NCBI RefSeq assembly: GCF_009914755.1
Contig: NC_060930.1
Direction: 5' to 3' (one strand)
DNA from: the human T2T-CHM13v2.0 reference genome, Homo sapiens
Length of the DNA stretch: 64,000 bases
The notes below the pieces were generated by a model. It made no database searches. It saw only the letters and a list, made by a program, of their open reading frames with translations, and was not told the origin of the DNA. The translations under genes were made by a program, and so were the position numbers. Positions 1 to 18,614 of this stretch are shown in pieces (positions within the stretch are counted from its first letter, which is position 1; each line of letters starts with the position of its first letter).

Positions 1-4083
<4,083 letters not shown>

Positions 4084-4655
4084 GGGGTCAGGCCAGATGG
4101 GGCAGGAAGGCTCCGCAGGACCGGACCCCTAGACCACCCTGCCCCACCTGCCCCTTCCCCCTTTGCTGTGACACTTCTTCATCTCACCCCCCCCCTGCCC
4201 CCCTCTAGGAGAGCTGGCTCTGCAGTGGGGGAGGGATGCAGGGACATTTACTGAAGGAGGGACATGGACAAAACAACATTGAATTCCCAGCCCCATTGGG
4301 GAGTGATCTCTTGGACACAGAGCCCCCATTCAAAATGGGGCAGGGCAAGGGTGGGAGTGTGCAAAGCCCTGATCTGGAGTTACCTGAGGCCATAGCTGCC
4401 CTATTCACTTCTAAGGGCCCTGTTTTGAGATTGTTTGTTCTAATTTATTTTAAGCTAGGTAAGGCTGGGGGGAGGGTGGGGCCGTGGTCCCCTCAGCCTC
4501 CATGGGGAGGGAAGAAGGGGGAGCTCTTTTTTTACGTTGATTTTTTTTTTTCTACTCTGTTTTCCCTTTTTCCTTCCGCTCCATTTGGGGCCCTGGGGGT
4601 TTCAGTCATCTCCCCATTTGGTCCCCTGGACTGTCTTTGTTGATTCTAACTTGTA

Positions 4656-4661
4656 AATAAA
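4656..4661 (+). terminator. BRD2 proximal poly(A) signal AATAAA
   Basis: AATAAA followed by T/GT-rich sequence. Confidence 0.75.
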
Positions 4662-4841
4662 GAAAATATTATTCAAGTTTTGAGTTACCTTAATATTTGC
4701 TTTTGTAGTGTTTCAAAAGGAACATCATAAGAATTGTCTTGATAATTTTGAGGGAAATATTACTGCAGTGAGAAAAGGCAATAGCTAACCTATAATTGGA
4801 TTGTCTTAATTTTTAAACCAGTAGGCTTTTGCTGTGTTTTT

Positions 4842-4847
4842 AATAAA
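4842..4847 (+). terminator. BRD2 distal poly(A) signal AATAAA
   Basis: second AATAAA 186 nt downstream of the first. Confidence 0.7.
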
Positions 4848-5106
4848 GTAAATATGACTTTTGTAAATTGAGTCCTTAGAAGTAATCTTTAGGTCTACAA
4901 TTTGCTCTTGTTTAAATGAAAAATAGTACTGTGGCTCATTCATGCTTTAACCAAGAACTCAAAATTTTGAGGTAGGCTTTAGGTTTTTCCCTGTGGCACT
5001 GGATGTGTGAATTTTCTCCTGAGCAGACTTAAAATATGAGAAAAGGGTGGGTAGCCGAACATAAGTACTTTATGCATTGAGTTTATTGCCTTTTAAAAGG
5101 AAATTG

Positions 5107-5350
5107 GCCTGTAATCCCAGCACTTTGGGAGGCCGAGGCGGGCAGATCACGAGGTCAGGAGATCGAGACCATGGTGAAACCCTGTCTACTAAAAAAAAAT
5201 TAGCTGGGCGAGGTGGCGGGTACCTGTAGTCCCAGCTACTCGGGAGGCTGAGGCAGCAGAATGGCGTGAACTCGGGAGGCGGGGTTCAGTGAGCCGAGAT
5301 CGCGCCACTGCACTCCAGCCTGGGTGGTAGACACTCCGTCTCAAAAAAAA
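5107..5350 (+). mobile_element. AluY lineage with Yd-type 12-bp deletion, 5'-truncated
   Basis: GAGACCATGGTGAAACC junction, GAATGGCGTGAA; TSD-like aaaaggaaattg/aaaagtaattg. Confidence 0.85.
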
Positions 5351-6684
5351 AGTAATTGGGCCTACTACATTGTTAAACATTGTTAAATTTTGCTGCCATG
5401 GTCACACACAAATTTACAGATAGTTTATTAGTAGAATACTAAAGAGTATTCCAACGATTAAATCACAAAACTGTGCTTTCTGCATACCCCCTTGTCTTGC
5501 TAAGGGGAGAGAAGGGTTGTATAAAAAGTTTAGGGGGTTGGGATGTGTGCATTCTGGAATTTGGGGCTTTAATACTGGAAAAGTGAGACATTTGCTTAGT
5601 ATAGTGTACCATAGTAGGAAACCTGGATAGAGACGTGGAAATTAGAATCAGGAATGTAGTAAAGCAAATGGTTTATTTTGCTGTAAATGACACCACAAAC
5701 TAAGTGTAGGGCAACACCACAAACTAAATGTAGGAAGCAATAAATTTTACTAGTGATGCTCAGCCCTCTTTAGGAATTCCGGCTAAACTGGGGCTTGAGC
5801 AACAATTTTCAAAAGCTCGGGAGATGGTAATAAAAAATTAGGTTTGTGAACCACCTGCTACTGTTTGCCAAGCACTTAGAGGGAAACAAACCCTTGTTTG
5901 GGCTTTCTTGCTAACTTGTGTGCACCAGTGAAAGCTCTTGAGCTCCCTTTGAGCTCTGGTTCCCTTTTGAGAATAACAGATGTTGAGGATTCGTAAGTAC
6001 TTAATAGAGACGCGTTGGGCAATAGGTGATGAGATACAAATTAAAGTTCTGAAAATCGGAGTAAATAGATTTAAGCTAAGTGCATGTCTATGTCAAGGAT
6101 TACATCTCATTTCAGAGGGAATTGAAGGATTTAGTTGGATTAGTTTTGGGACAAAATATAGAATATTTTGTCTGACTGCAGCCCCTTCTGCTCATGTACT
6201 TTTAAGGTTTGTTTTCTGTAGTTCGGAAAAATAAAAGTTTCAACCTGACATTGGAGGCCCCTGAGTACTTAATTCCCTGTAAATGGAACCCAGACCGCCC
6301 TAAATGCTTTAAGAGAGAGAAGGGCTGGCTGACACAGGGGCTTCAGACCTGCCTTAAACCAATTGGACTAGTCTCTTAATTGACTTTAGTTTGAACTTAT
6401 TTCAAGCCTGTCTCACTTAGGGATTGTAATTGTTTCAGGAGTTTGGTTGAGTTCCATCTTGGTTGCCAAAGGACTTTATTCCAAAATAGCAGTCTCCAGC
6501 ACAACTCAAAGGACTAGTGGAGTCCTGTGGGCATTATTTCCCCCTATGCTCCTCTCAGCTCTTGGAATCATGGGTTCTATTGCTGCTGCTTTTTCCCTCT
6601 CCCCTCATGCTGCCATTTACTGCCTTTTATTGCGTCCATAGGAAGCCTTTTGTTGGGTTGTGGGGGAAGGTGAGAGTCGGTCTT

Positions 6685-8110
6685 ATTTACTCAGTCACAC
6701 ATTTATTGAGTTCCCTTGATTGCCTTTTCAGCAAACTGTTAGGCCTGTAGACCTGGACGTTGCCAAGCCAGAGGGTATAAGGTGAAGATAAGACAAGGTC
6801 TTATCATGGAGTTTGCTTAGCACGAATAGGGTGCAATTATTAACCATCATGGTGTGGTAATTATACTGATTGAATCCAAGATATAGGCATGACTTGGTCT
6901 TCACAGACCATCCTTATTGTGCACCCATATGTGGACCCCAGTTCCAGCCTGCCTGTAACCTTCCCCAAAGTCCTGCTCTTAGGTTCACTCGGGACTACCT
7001 TGATTGGAAGGCCCTGCTTCCATGAGTGACCAGCATGAAGGACTCCCAGGACAAGGACCAGAGGTGACTGGTGTTACTCTGGGGCTTAGTGCAAGACTGG
7101 AGGAAGATTTTCCTGAGCAATTAGAGAGTGGCTGTAATGGAGAGCTGGGAAGGAGATGTGGGAATGGTAGCATGGAACTAATGTGTTGTCACCATGATTT
7201 CATTTTTTCCTGGGTCATCACCCTAAAGATACAAAATCCCACTAGCTGGTCTCCAGCACTGAATGAGACGACAGCTTCTTGCTCTCAATTTATATTCTAG
7301 GATCGGGGAAAGGGGCAGCATTAGACAACTAGTCACACGATTTTTAACAAAAATAAGTAATTCTAACAGGACAATGTGCAGAGGTCTAGCAAGAATTTAG
7401 AAAAGAGGGTTCTCTGGTCTAAGCTGAGAGCTATTCAGATATCTCAGAACGATGAGTTCCTTCCTGTTTGTAAGGGGTGGATGGGTGGGAGCAGGGAGTA
7501 GTGAACATTGCCAGCAGAAGAAACAGCAACTGAGAAGGTAACTAGGTGATGCTGAAGCAGCAAGGATGAAGGTGAGTGCTTTGAGATGCTTTGAATTTAC
7601 ATCTCAAAGACTAATAGCTAACATTTATTGAGCACTTACTGTGTCCCATGCACTGTGCTAAATAAAAACTTACCCTGTAAACTCATTTGGTCCTCACTAT
7701 AATCCTGTGAGGTACATCTTGTCTGCATTTAACAGATAAAGAAATGAGACACAGAGAGATTAGTCAATTTGCCCAACATCACCACATTGTCAGTGAGCAC
7801 TGGAGGTGGGTTTTGAAACCAGGCGATCTGGCTTCAGGGTCCACATTTATAACTACTGCACTAGACTTCCAGTGCTGTGGGCCAGTAGGGAGCTAGGAGA
7901 TAGACATGCTTTAAGGAAATTGCACTAGGGACAATCATGTTAGGGTTGGTGGGGTGTTGAGAGTGGATAGTTTAGAAAGCAATTGCAGCAGTTAATCCCA
8001 GCCAGTGAGAATAGTGGTGTAGAAGAGAAAGGCAGCAATGTAGATGAAGAAATGTAGATAGATTTGAGAGCTATGTAGGAGTTAAAATAGATGGGACTTA
8101 TTCTCAAAAG
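6685..8110 (-). mobile_element. degraded L2 fragments with an intervening MIR (~7612-7862)
   Basis: ACATTTATTGAG L2/MIR ends; MIR core CAGATAAAGAAATGAGACACAGAGAG. Confidence 0.6.
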
Positions 8111-8336
8111 GTTCTTGTCTCCACACATTAAAGGAACAGCAGAGCACACGTGCACTTGCAGACATACAGCTCTCAGAGTCCCTAGCACAGAGCTTTCCAA
8201 TAGTGGAAGCTTGATATTTTGTTGACTAAAGGAGTGCCACCTGGCTGACTGGCAGATTTGAATGGAGCTCCCTCCAGCATGGCTTGCCGAAGGGGCAGGG
8301 GTTCTGAGGCTCTTGTAGACTGCCACTGAAGGTATT

Positions 8337-8355
8337 TGGCGCCACCTGTTGGGTG
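8337..8355 (-). promoter_or_regulatory. CTCF motif
   Basis: minus strand CACCCAACAGGTGGCGCCA. Confidence 0.7.
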
Positions 8356-8589
8356 TGTTACCCACGATTGCCTCCTGAATCTATTGTCATTTTTGTGTCC
8401 TGCCCCCGAGGTTAGGTGGTTCTTCCCTTCTTACTTTCCTAAACTTCAACTCTTAAAATGTGAGCCTTCATTTTTATGACCCAGAGGGTCACAAAAGAAG
8501 GAGATTAGGCCTTTTTAGTCCTTATCTCCCTTTACCTCTGAAGCATCCCATGGGGCTTCCCTAGCATTTTATTTTATATTGATTTATTT

Positions 8590-8743
8590 ATTTATTTTTA
8601 AGAAAGAGGATTTCTGTCACCCAGGCTGGAGTGCAGTGGTGTGATCATAGCTCACTGTAGCTTCGACCTTCTGGGCTCAAGTAATGCTCTTGCCTCAGCC
8701 TCCTGAGTAGCTGGGATTACAGGCATGAGCCACCGCACCCTGC
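8590..8743 (-). mobile_element. Alu monomer (FRAM/AluJ)
   Basis: single old Alu arm. Confidence 0.8.
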
Positions 8744-8972
8744 ATCTCCTGACTTCTTTGACTTGACACCACTTGTTCCTAGCTCTCATACTTTTCAGAC
8801 AGCCATTTCTTAGTCTGCTTCTTTAAAGTCTCTGCCTCTGCCTCCCATAATATATTGTCCCTTATGACACCTTTCTTTGTCCTCTTTTTATTTGCACAGT
8901 ATTTTTAAGCAAGTTTACCCATTCCTCTGGAGGCACCTCCCACCCATAAAATCTGTGTCTCTGTTTAGACCT

Positions 8973-9231
8973 TGTATTAGTCCATTCTCACATGGCTATG
9001 AGGAAATACCTGAGACTAGGTGATTTATAAAGGAAAGAGGTTTAATTGACTCACAGTTCTGCATGGCTGGGGAGGCCTCAGGAAACTTACAATCATGGCG
9101 GAAGACACCTCTTCACAGGGTGGCAGGAGAATGAGTGCCAAAGTGAAGTGGGGAAGCCCCTTATAAAACCATAAGATCTCGTGAGAACTCACTATCACGA
9201 GAACAGCATGGGGGAAACTGCCCCCATATCA
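8973..9231 (-). mobile_element. THE1/MST-type MaLR solo LTR, internally deleted
   Basis: TGTATTAGTCCATT...GGAAAGAGGTTTAATTGACTCACAGTTC...CCATATCA; TSD gacct/aacct. Confidence 0.85.
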
Positions 9232-9361
9232 AACCTTGAGTCAAAGTTCCAAGTGCCTAATGCAATGCCTAATGGCAAGGTCCCATAAGCTCGTGCACAC
9301 ATTTTTAGAAAAGATTCTACCTTTTTCCCCAAACATGTCCCTCGCAGTGAGTTCTCTAAGT

Positions 9362-9679
9362 CAGCAGTCCCCAGCTTTTTTGGCACCAAGGACTGGTTTT
9401 GTGGAAGACAACTTTTCTATGGATGGAGGCGGGGAGAATGGTTTCCAGATCAAACTGTTCTACTTCAGATCACCAGGCATTAGATTCTCAAAAGGAGTTT
9501 GCAACCTTCCCTCGCATGCTCAGTTCACAATAGGGTTTGCAGTCCTGTGAGAATCTAATGCCGCTGCTGATCTGACAAGAGGCAGAGCTTGCTCGCTGCT
9601 CACCTCCTGCTGTGCACCCCAGTTCCTACCAGGCCACGGACTGGTAGTGTTCAGTGGCCCAGAGGTTGGGGGACCCCTG
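9362..9679. mobile_element. MER1-family hAT transposon (second copy)
   Basis: CAGCAGTCCCCAGC...GGTTGGGGGACCCCTG; TSD ctctaagt/ctataagg. Confidence 0.85.
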
Positions 9680-9687
9680 CTATAAGG

Positions 9688-9815
9688 AACAAGCACTTAT
9701 ATAGAGTTTACTATGTACCAGACACTTATGAGCACTTCTGCAATTTAGTCTTCATAATAATCCTAAGAGGTAGGTACTCATCACCATTTTATACATGAGG
9801 AAACAGACATTTAGT
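9688..9815 (-). mobile_element. MIR fragment
   Basis: CCATTTTATACATGAGGAAAC core. Confidence 0.6.
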
Positions 9816-10694
9816 AACAGTTCTATAGCTGCCTAGTTTCTTCCCCTTATTCTCCCCCAACTCCCTGTTCAGCCATTGAGGTCTGTTGAGCCTTCCTCTG
9901 TCCCTTCTCTCAGTGCCCCTCATCAGCCTGGACTCTCACACGACTCTGTCACTAGTCCATGTCTTTCAGCTATACTGTGTTGTTTCAGGGCCCATCACTC
10001 ACCTCTCCCTTCATGCCCTGCCCTATCCCCACCACACCAGTGAAGACCTCCCTTCCTGGGTTATCATCAGACCTGTCACTTGCAGTGAGGCCTCACCTCA
10101 ACTAAGGAGGTCAAAATAAGAATAACCTCTCATGTGAGTAAGAGGAACTCATCATCCTTGCCAAGCTTTCCAACCAACCCCAAACTTCAAGTATTTTTGT
10201 GTCCTTGTACAGTAAGTGAATATTTCTACATAATAAAATATTTCTTTCATCTCTTTGCCAAATGAGGACATTGCTCATTTTGTCAGACAAGCTAATGTTT
10301 GATTTGAGATTGAAGGAGAAAAGGGATTTATTCTCCAGCGATAAGCATTTTTGCTGGTGTTTGACAAACAAAAAAAGAGCAGTTCTTCTATTAGCTGCCA
10401 CTGTCAGACCTCATGGAGTCAGTTGCTATTCTAATTGCTGAGACTATGAGAAGGTAACACTGGTTAATTGATGAATACTTTCCCCTCTTCTGCCCCTGCA
10501 GAAGATGTGTTGGAACTGGCTTCTCTATGAAGGCAGGTTGTAGAGACAATGACAGTTCTTCCAAGAAAGACAGTTATTACCTTGTCTTCCTGCATGGTTT
10601 TGTTTCTCACCCAGAGTTCCTGCAAAAAAAAAAAAAAAAGAGACATTTTGCAGTTTCATCTACCGATTTTCTCCTCTCTCTCAAAAATAATGTT

Positions 10695-10988
10695 TTTAAA
10701 GACAGAGTCTTGCTCTGTAGCCCAGGCTTGAGTACAGTGGCACAATCTTGGCTCATTGCAACCTCTGCCTCCCAGGTTCAAGCAGTTCTCGTGCCTCAGC
10801 CTCCCAAGTAGCTGGAGACTACAGGTGTGCACCACCGCACCCAGATAATTTTTGTATGTTTAGTAGAGATGGGGTTTCCCCATGTTGGCCAGTCTGGTCT
10901 CGAACTTCTGATCTCAAGTGATCCGATCCACCCGCAACTGCCTCCCCAAATGCTGGGATTACAGGCATGAGCCACCATGCCCCACCCA
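10695..10988 (-). mobile_element. AluS/J
   Basis: full dimeric Alu, antisense. Confidence 0.9.
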
Positions 10989-12223
10989 AAAATAATTGTT
11001 TTAAAGCAGTTCTCAAGGTTTTCTAAGTTTACTTATACTCTTTTAACTCTTAAGTAACCCCAGGTAAGTGGAAGCTGAAAAGTTACAAAATGATAGTTAC
11101 AAGGGCCAAGCAGTCCTGCATCCCTGTCAGAGTGAAACTTCATTCTCTCTGATGCAAAATAAAATGATGCTTGTTCTTCCAGATCCATGGTTACCATGAC
11201 ATATTATTCTGTATTCTTGATTTAAGAAAGCACTGGCACTGCCCAATCTCTGTGCCCTTTGATTGCTATGTCAAGCTTCAGGTTGCACACCCTGCCTTCT
11301 GTAAGGAACTTTCCTTACTTGGCCCCCAATTCCCTGATGTCTGGTCTGTGACCTGGTGTTGAAACTGGCTATGACACTGTGCTTAGACTTCCTCTTAAAA
11401 TTCTGCATTCTGTTCTGGACCTGTTTCCAACCACAATAACACAACCCACTGATTTACTGTTCTTAAATCCATCTCTGCTATTCAGGCTGATTCCCAGTGA
11501 TCTCATGTCCTTCTATCACTGCCTTTGGTCTTGCAAATAGACCCTACAGAGCCCCACAACTATTTAACCAATCATTTGGCCAGGGAGTAAGGCAAGAGAC
11601 AAAAATTGAGGGAAGGAGAGAATGATGAGCAACTGAGGGAGCAGCTTGGGGTTGAAAAGCTACCTCAGAAAGCAGTTCTGTGATTGGGAGGAAGGTGGCT
11701 GATGTTACTGCAGGGGGTATCAAAAGCATCTGTCCTGAACTTCAGAGTCAGGTAGAAAACAAAACAGAAAGAATCTTCTTTTCCTCTGAGTCTGGGGAAA
11801 CTGAGAGAGAAGGAGAAAGCCAAGGAAAGGGAACTGACACTCACTGAGCCGTTGCTATCTGCCAGGTGTATATTGATGGGCACTTTTCATAGTCATCTTT
11901 TTTGGTCCACATGACGTTCCTACCACACATATGTTATTATTTTTATTTTAGAGAGGAGGAAACTCTAAGTTAATGTGCATAAGATCACAGAGCTAGTGAG
12001 ACAAGATAAGGCTAATTTCAAAGTTTATATCTTTACATACCAAACATTTCTAGTTATATTCTAGATATAAGCAAACAAGGAATTCAGAAGTAAAACTTAG
12101 CAAAAACTTCCAGATATTGTTAACTCCACCAACCTGAGCTAAAGAATGAGGCTAGAGATGAACACACACACACATGCATGCACACACATACACACAGTCA
12201 CACACACACCTCAATCTTTTTAG

Positions 12224-12592
<369 letters not shown>

Positions 12593-12815
12593 TAGCTTTA
12601 GGAGTACAGGTGGCTTTTATTTACATGGATGAATTGTATAGTGGTGAAGTCCGGGCTTTTAGTGTACCCATTACCCAACAGTGTATATTGTACTCAGTAA
12701 ATAATTTTTCATCCTTCACCCCACACCCCACTCCCCACTTCTGTGTCTCCAGTGTCCGTTATACTACTCTGTATGGCTTTGCATACCCATAGCTTAGCTC
12801 CTACTTACAAGTGAG

Positions 12816-13215
12816 TGTTAAATTAGGTTTAGCCTAAAGCTGCTTCCTTACATGTTTTAAGTTCAGCCTAAAGGTTTCTCCATACATAGTAAACTGAAAC
12901 CTAACTTGATGTGTAATCAGACTGAAACCTACTCTAGTGCCAATCACTGAGTTTTGGCCAATCAAAGGTGATCAACTGTTCAAACTGTGTTCAAATAAGA
13001 CAAATGCCAAGCTTTAACCAATCCTGCTGTTTCTGTACCTCATGTCTGTTTTCTGTACATCACTTTACTTTTTCTGTTCATAAATATTCCACCACTTGGC
13101 TGTTCTGGAGTCTCTCAGCCTACTCTGGCTCAGAAGGCTCCCCAATTCACAAATTGTTCTTTGCTCAATTAAACTCTGTTGAATTTCATTCGTCTAAGGT
13201 TTTTTTTCTTTAACA
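12816..13215 (+). mobile_element. MER57-family ERV1 solo LTR
   Basis: TGTTAAATTAGGTTTAGCCTAAAGCTG...TTAACA; TSD gtgag/atgag; ATTAAA signal. Confidence 0.85.
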
Positions 13216-13695
13216 ATGAGAACACGTAGTACTTGGTTTTCTGTTCCTGAGTTACTTCACTTAGGAAAATGGTCCAGTTCCATCCAAGTTGCTGGAAAAT
13301 ATATTATTTCATTCTTTTTTATGGATGAGTACGATTTCATGGTATATACACATCACATTTTCTTATCCACTCATCAGTTTATGGGCACTTAGGTTGATTC
13401 CATACCTCTGCAATTGTGAATTCTATGTCTTTTTGATATAATGACTTCTTTTCTTTTGGGTAGATACCCAGGAGTGGGACTGCTAGATCAAATGGTAGAA
13501 CTACTTTTAGTTCTTTGAGAAATCTCCATAGTGTTTTCCACAGAGGTTGTACTAATTTACATTCCCACCAGCAATGTATAAGCTATCCCTTTTCACTGCA
13601 TCCTTGCCAACATCTATTGCTTTTTGACTTTTTAATATCAATGATACTGGCTGGGATAAGGTAGTATCTCATTGTGGTTTTAATTTGCATTTCCA

Positions 13696-14074
<379 letters not shown>

Positions 14075-14327
14075 TCACTTTTTAATGGGATTATTTATTT
14101 GGTTTTTTTTTTTCTCTCATTTGTTTGAGCTCCTTCTAGATTCTGGATATTAGTCCTTTGTCAGATATTTGCAAATATTTTCTCTCATTCTGTGGTTGTC
14201 TGTTTAACTCTTGATTATTTCCTCTGCTGTGCAGAAGCTTTTTAGTTTAATTAGGTAGGTCCTATTTATTTATTTTTGCTTCTGTTGGATTTGTTTTTGA
14301 GGTCCTATTCATAAATTCTTTGCCTAG

Positions 14328-14763
<436 letters not shown>

Positions 14764-15615
14764 CTAGTTTCGTTCTTCTACCTGTGTCAATCCAATTTTC
14801 CCAGCACTATCTATTGAATAGGGTGTCCTTTCTTCAGTGTATTGTTTTGTCTGCTTCGTTGAATATTAGTTGGTTGTAGGTATTTGGTTTTATTTCTGGG
14901 TTCTCTATTCTGTTCCATTGATCTACTGTGTACTTTTATACCGGTACCATGCTGTTTTGGTTACTCTAGCCTTGTAGTGTAATTTGAAGTTGGGTAATGT
15001 GATGCCTCCAGATTTATTCTTTTTGTTTAGGATTGCTTTGGCTATCCAGGCTTTTTTTGTTGTTGTTCCATATGAATTTTAGGATTGCTTTTTCTAATTC
15101 TGTGAAAAATGATGCTGATATTTTGATAGGAATTGCATTAAACCTGTAGATTGCTTTGGGCAGTATGGTCATTTTTCATATTGATTCTTCCAATCTATGA
15201 GCATGGCATGGTTTTCCATTTGTTTGTGTCATCTATGATTTCTTTCATCAGTGTTTTGTAGTTCTCATTAGGGAGATCTTTCACCTCCTTGGTTAAGTAT
15301 ATTCCTAGACATTTACAATTTTTTTTGTAGCTATTGCAAGTGAGATTGAGTTCTTGATTTGATTGTCAGGTTGGTCGTTATTGGTATAGAGCTGTGTTAT
15401 TGATTTGTGTATGTTGATTTTGTAACCTGAGACTTTACTGAATTCATTTATCAAATCTAAGAGTCTTTTGGAGGAGTCTTTAGCGTTTTCTAGGTATAAG
15501 ATTATGTTATTGGCAAACAGATAATTTGACTTCCTCTTTTCCAATTTGGGTGTGCTTTCCCTTGTCTGTTTTCTCTGGCTAGGACTTCCAGTACTATGAT
15601 GAATAGGAGTGGTGA

Positions 15616-15990
<375 letters not shown>

Positions 15991-16583
15991 GGCTTTCAAC
16001 TTTCATCCATTCAGTATGATATTGGCTGTGTGTTTATCATATCTGACTTTTATAATTTTGAGGTTTGTTCCTTCTATGCCTAGTTTGTTGAAATTTTTTA
16101 TTATAAAGGGATACTGGATTTTACCAAATGCTTTTTATGCATTGATTGAAATGATCATATGACTTCGTTTTAAATTCTGTTTATGTGGTGAATCACATTT
16201 ATTGACTTGCATATGTTGAACCATCCTTGCCTCCCTATGATGAAACCCACTTGATCATGGTGATTTATCATTTTGATGTGCTGATGGATTTGGTTTGTTA
16301 ATATTCTGTTGAAGATTTTTGCATCTATGTTCATCAGGAATATTGTTCTGTAGTTTTCCTTTTTGTTGTGTTCTTTCCTGGCTTTGGCATCAGGTAACAC
16401 TGGCTTCACAGAATGAGTTGGGGAGGATTCTCTCTTTCTTAATCTTTTGGAATAGTTTCAATAGGATTGGTACCAGTTCTTCTTTGAACATCTGGTAGAA
16501 TTCAGCTGTGAATCTGGTCCTGGGCCTTTTTTTTTTTTTTTAAAGATTTTTTATTACTGATTCAATATCAGTACTTGTTACTG

Positions 16584-16737
16584 GTTTGTTCAGGATTTCT
16601 ATTTGTTCCTGATTCAAGCTTAGAGGGTTGTATGCTTCCAGGAGTTCATTCATTTCCTCTAGGTTTGTTCAGGATTTCTATTTCTTCCTGATTCAAGCTT
16701 AGAGGAATGCTTCCAGGAATTCATTCATTTCCTCTAG
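16584..16737. repeat. tandem duplication, ~77 bp x2, within L1
   Basis: GTTTGTTCAGGATTTCTATTT...CATTCATTTCCTCTAG occurs twice. Confidence 0.9.
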
Positions 16738-17301
16738 ATTTTATAGTTTGTGTGCGTAGAGGTGTTTATAGTATTCTTAGATGATCTTTTGTATTTCTAT
16801 AGTGTCAGTTGTAATGTCTCCATTTTCTTCTATGTTCTTAAATGCAGCTTCTACACAAGATTCCTGCATACTGTAGAAAATTTTATTTTTTTCACCAAGC
16901 CCAATTAATTTAGCTTAGCTGGAGAACTATTAAGAAGTGTGAAGACACAAATAAGAAACGAACGACTTCATTCCATAAATATAAGTAAAGGAAATTCCAG
17001 TGATGGCTTTTACTGCACGAAGAGAAACCAGGCTAAGTTGAACTATTAATATTCGCTTTAGACTGCGTAATTTCTAAATGGTAACTATTCATACCTACCA
17101 TTCATCCTAACCATACCTTCAGGCTTGGCTTAGACACTGGGACCTTTGTGAAGGAAGAGAGGCCTGAGGGAACTGGATTGTAGGAGATGGATGGTGAGAG
17201 GAAAGCTGGGGGTAAGGGTAGGCGTGCGTCTGGGCTTGCGTTGACTACATAAGAAGGAGATTTAAAAACTATAAAGACTTTTTAAGATTTTGGAAACTTA
17301 G

Positions 17302-17622
<321 letters not shown>

Positions 17623-17697
17623 CCATTTTTACTATTTTTTATTCCTCTTTTCTGTTTTCTGATTGGGATTGGCAATAAAATCTCAAATATGGGGAAA

Positions 17698-17790
17698 ATA
17701 ATTTTTTACATAACATTTTTATGTTTTATAATTTTATATAACATTTTAATGTTTTATAATTTTTTATATAACATTTTAATGTCTTATAAA
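17698..17790. repeat. AT-rich minisatellite, ~29 bp x3
   Basis: unit ATAATTTT(T)ATATAACATTTTAATGTTTT. Confidence 0.8.
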
Positions 17791-18125
17791 AACAAAATTA
17801 TATGACATTTTTCTAGGTGAACTTATTCTTGGTGTTCCTGGGATGTCTATAGACAATGTTACAGTAACTTTTGACTACAGATCATTTTTTTCAAATGATA
17901 TAATATTGATAAAGTAATTGTAGGGCTCCCAAAATAAAATGAGTTGGTTTTGAGCCTATGGATGAGAAATCTGCTGGGGAAATGGTCAAATTTTATGTCT
18001 GTATTTAATAGCCATGTAGTGGAACAAAAATTTAAAGGCATTACATCATGTTTATTTTATTTTAATTAAAACAAAAGAACAACCCATTTACATTATTTAT
18101 TTAAATTATAAAATATTACAGAACA

Positions 18126-18427
<302 letters not shown>

Positions 18428-18513
18428 TCAATTGGTGACATACATCAACTTGTGAGTTCAGGAATCTAGTGCTCTCTCCTTTAATTTCCTGCTATTTTCA
18501 AGTATAATAAAGC

Positions 18514-18516
<3 letters not shown>

Positions 18517-18548
<32 letters not shown>
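18517..18548. repeat. (CA)n microsatellite
   Basis: direct reading. Confidence 0.95.
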
Positions 18549-18550
<2 letters not shown>

Positions 18551-18614
18551 CTTTAATTGTGAAAATTTCCAAACCTGCAGAAAACTTGGAAAAAATAAAA
18601 TAATACTTGAAAGC

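Larger units (their letters stand above)
4084..4870 (+). other. BRD2: BRD2 3'UTR
   Basis: Repeat-free sequence from the stop codon to the distal AATAAA; end position approximate. Confidence 0.8.
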
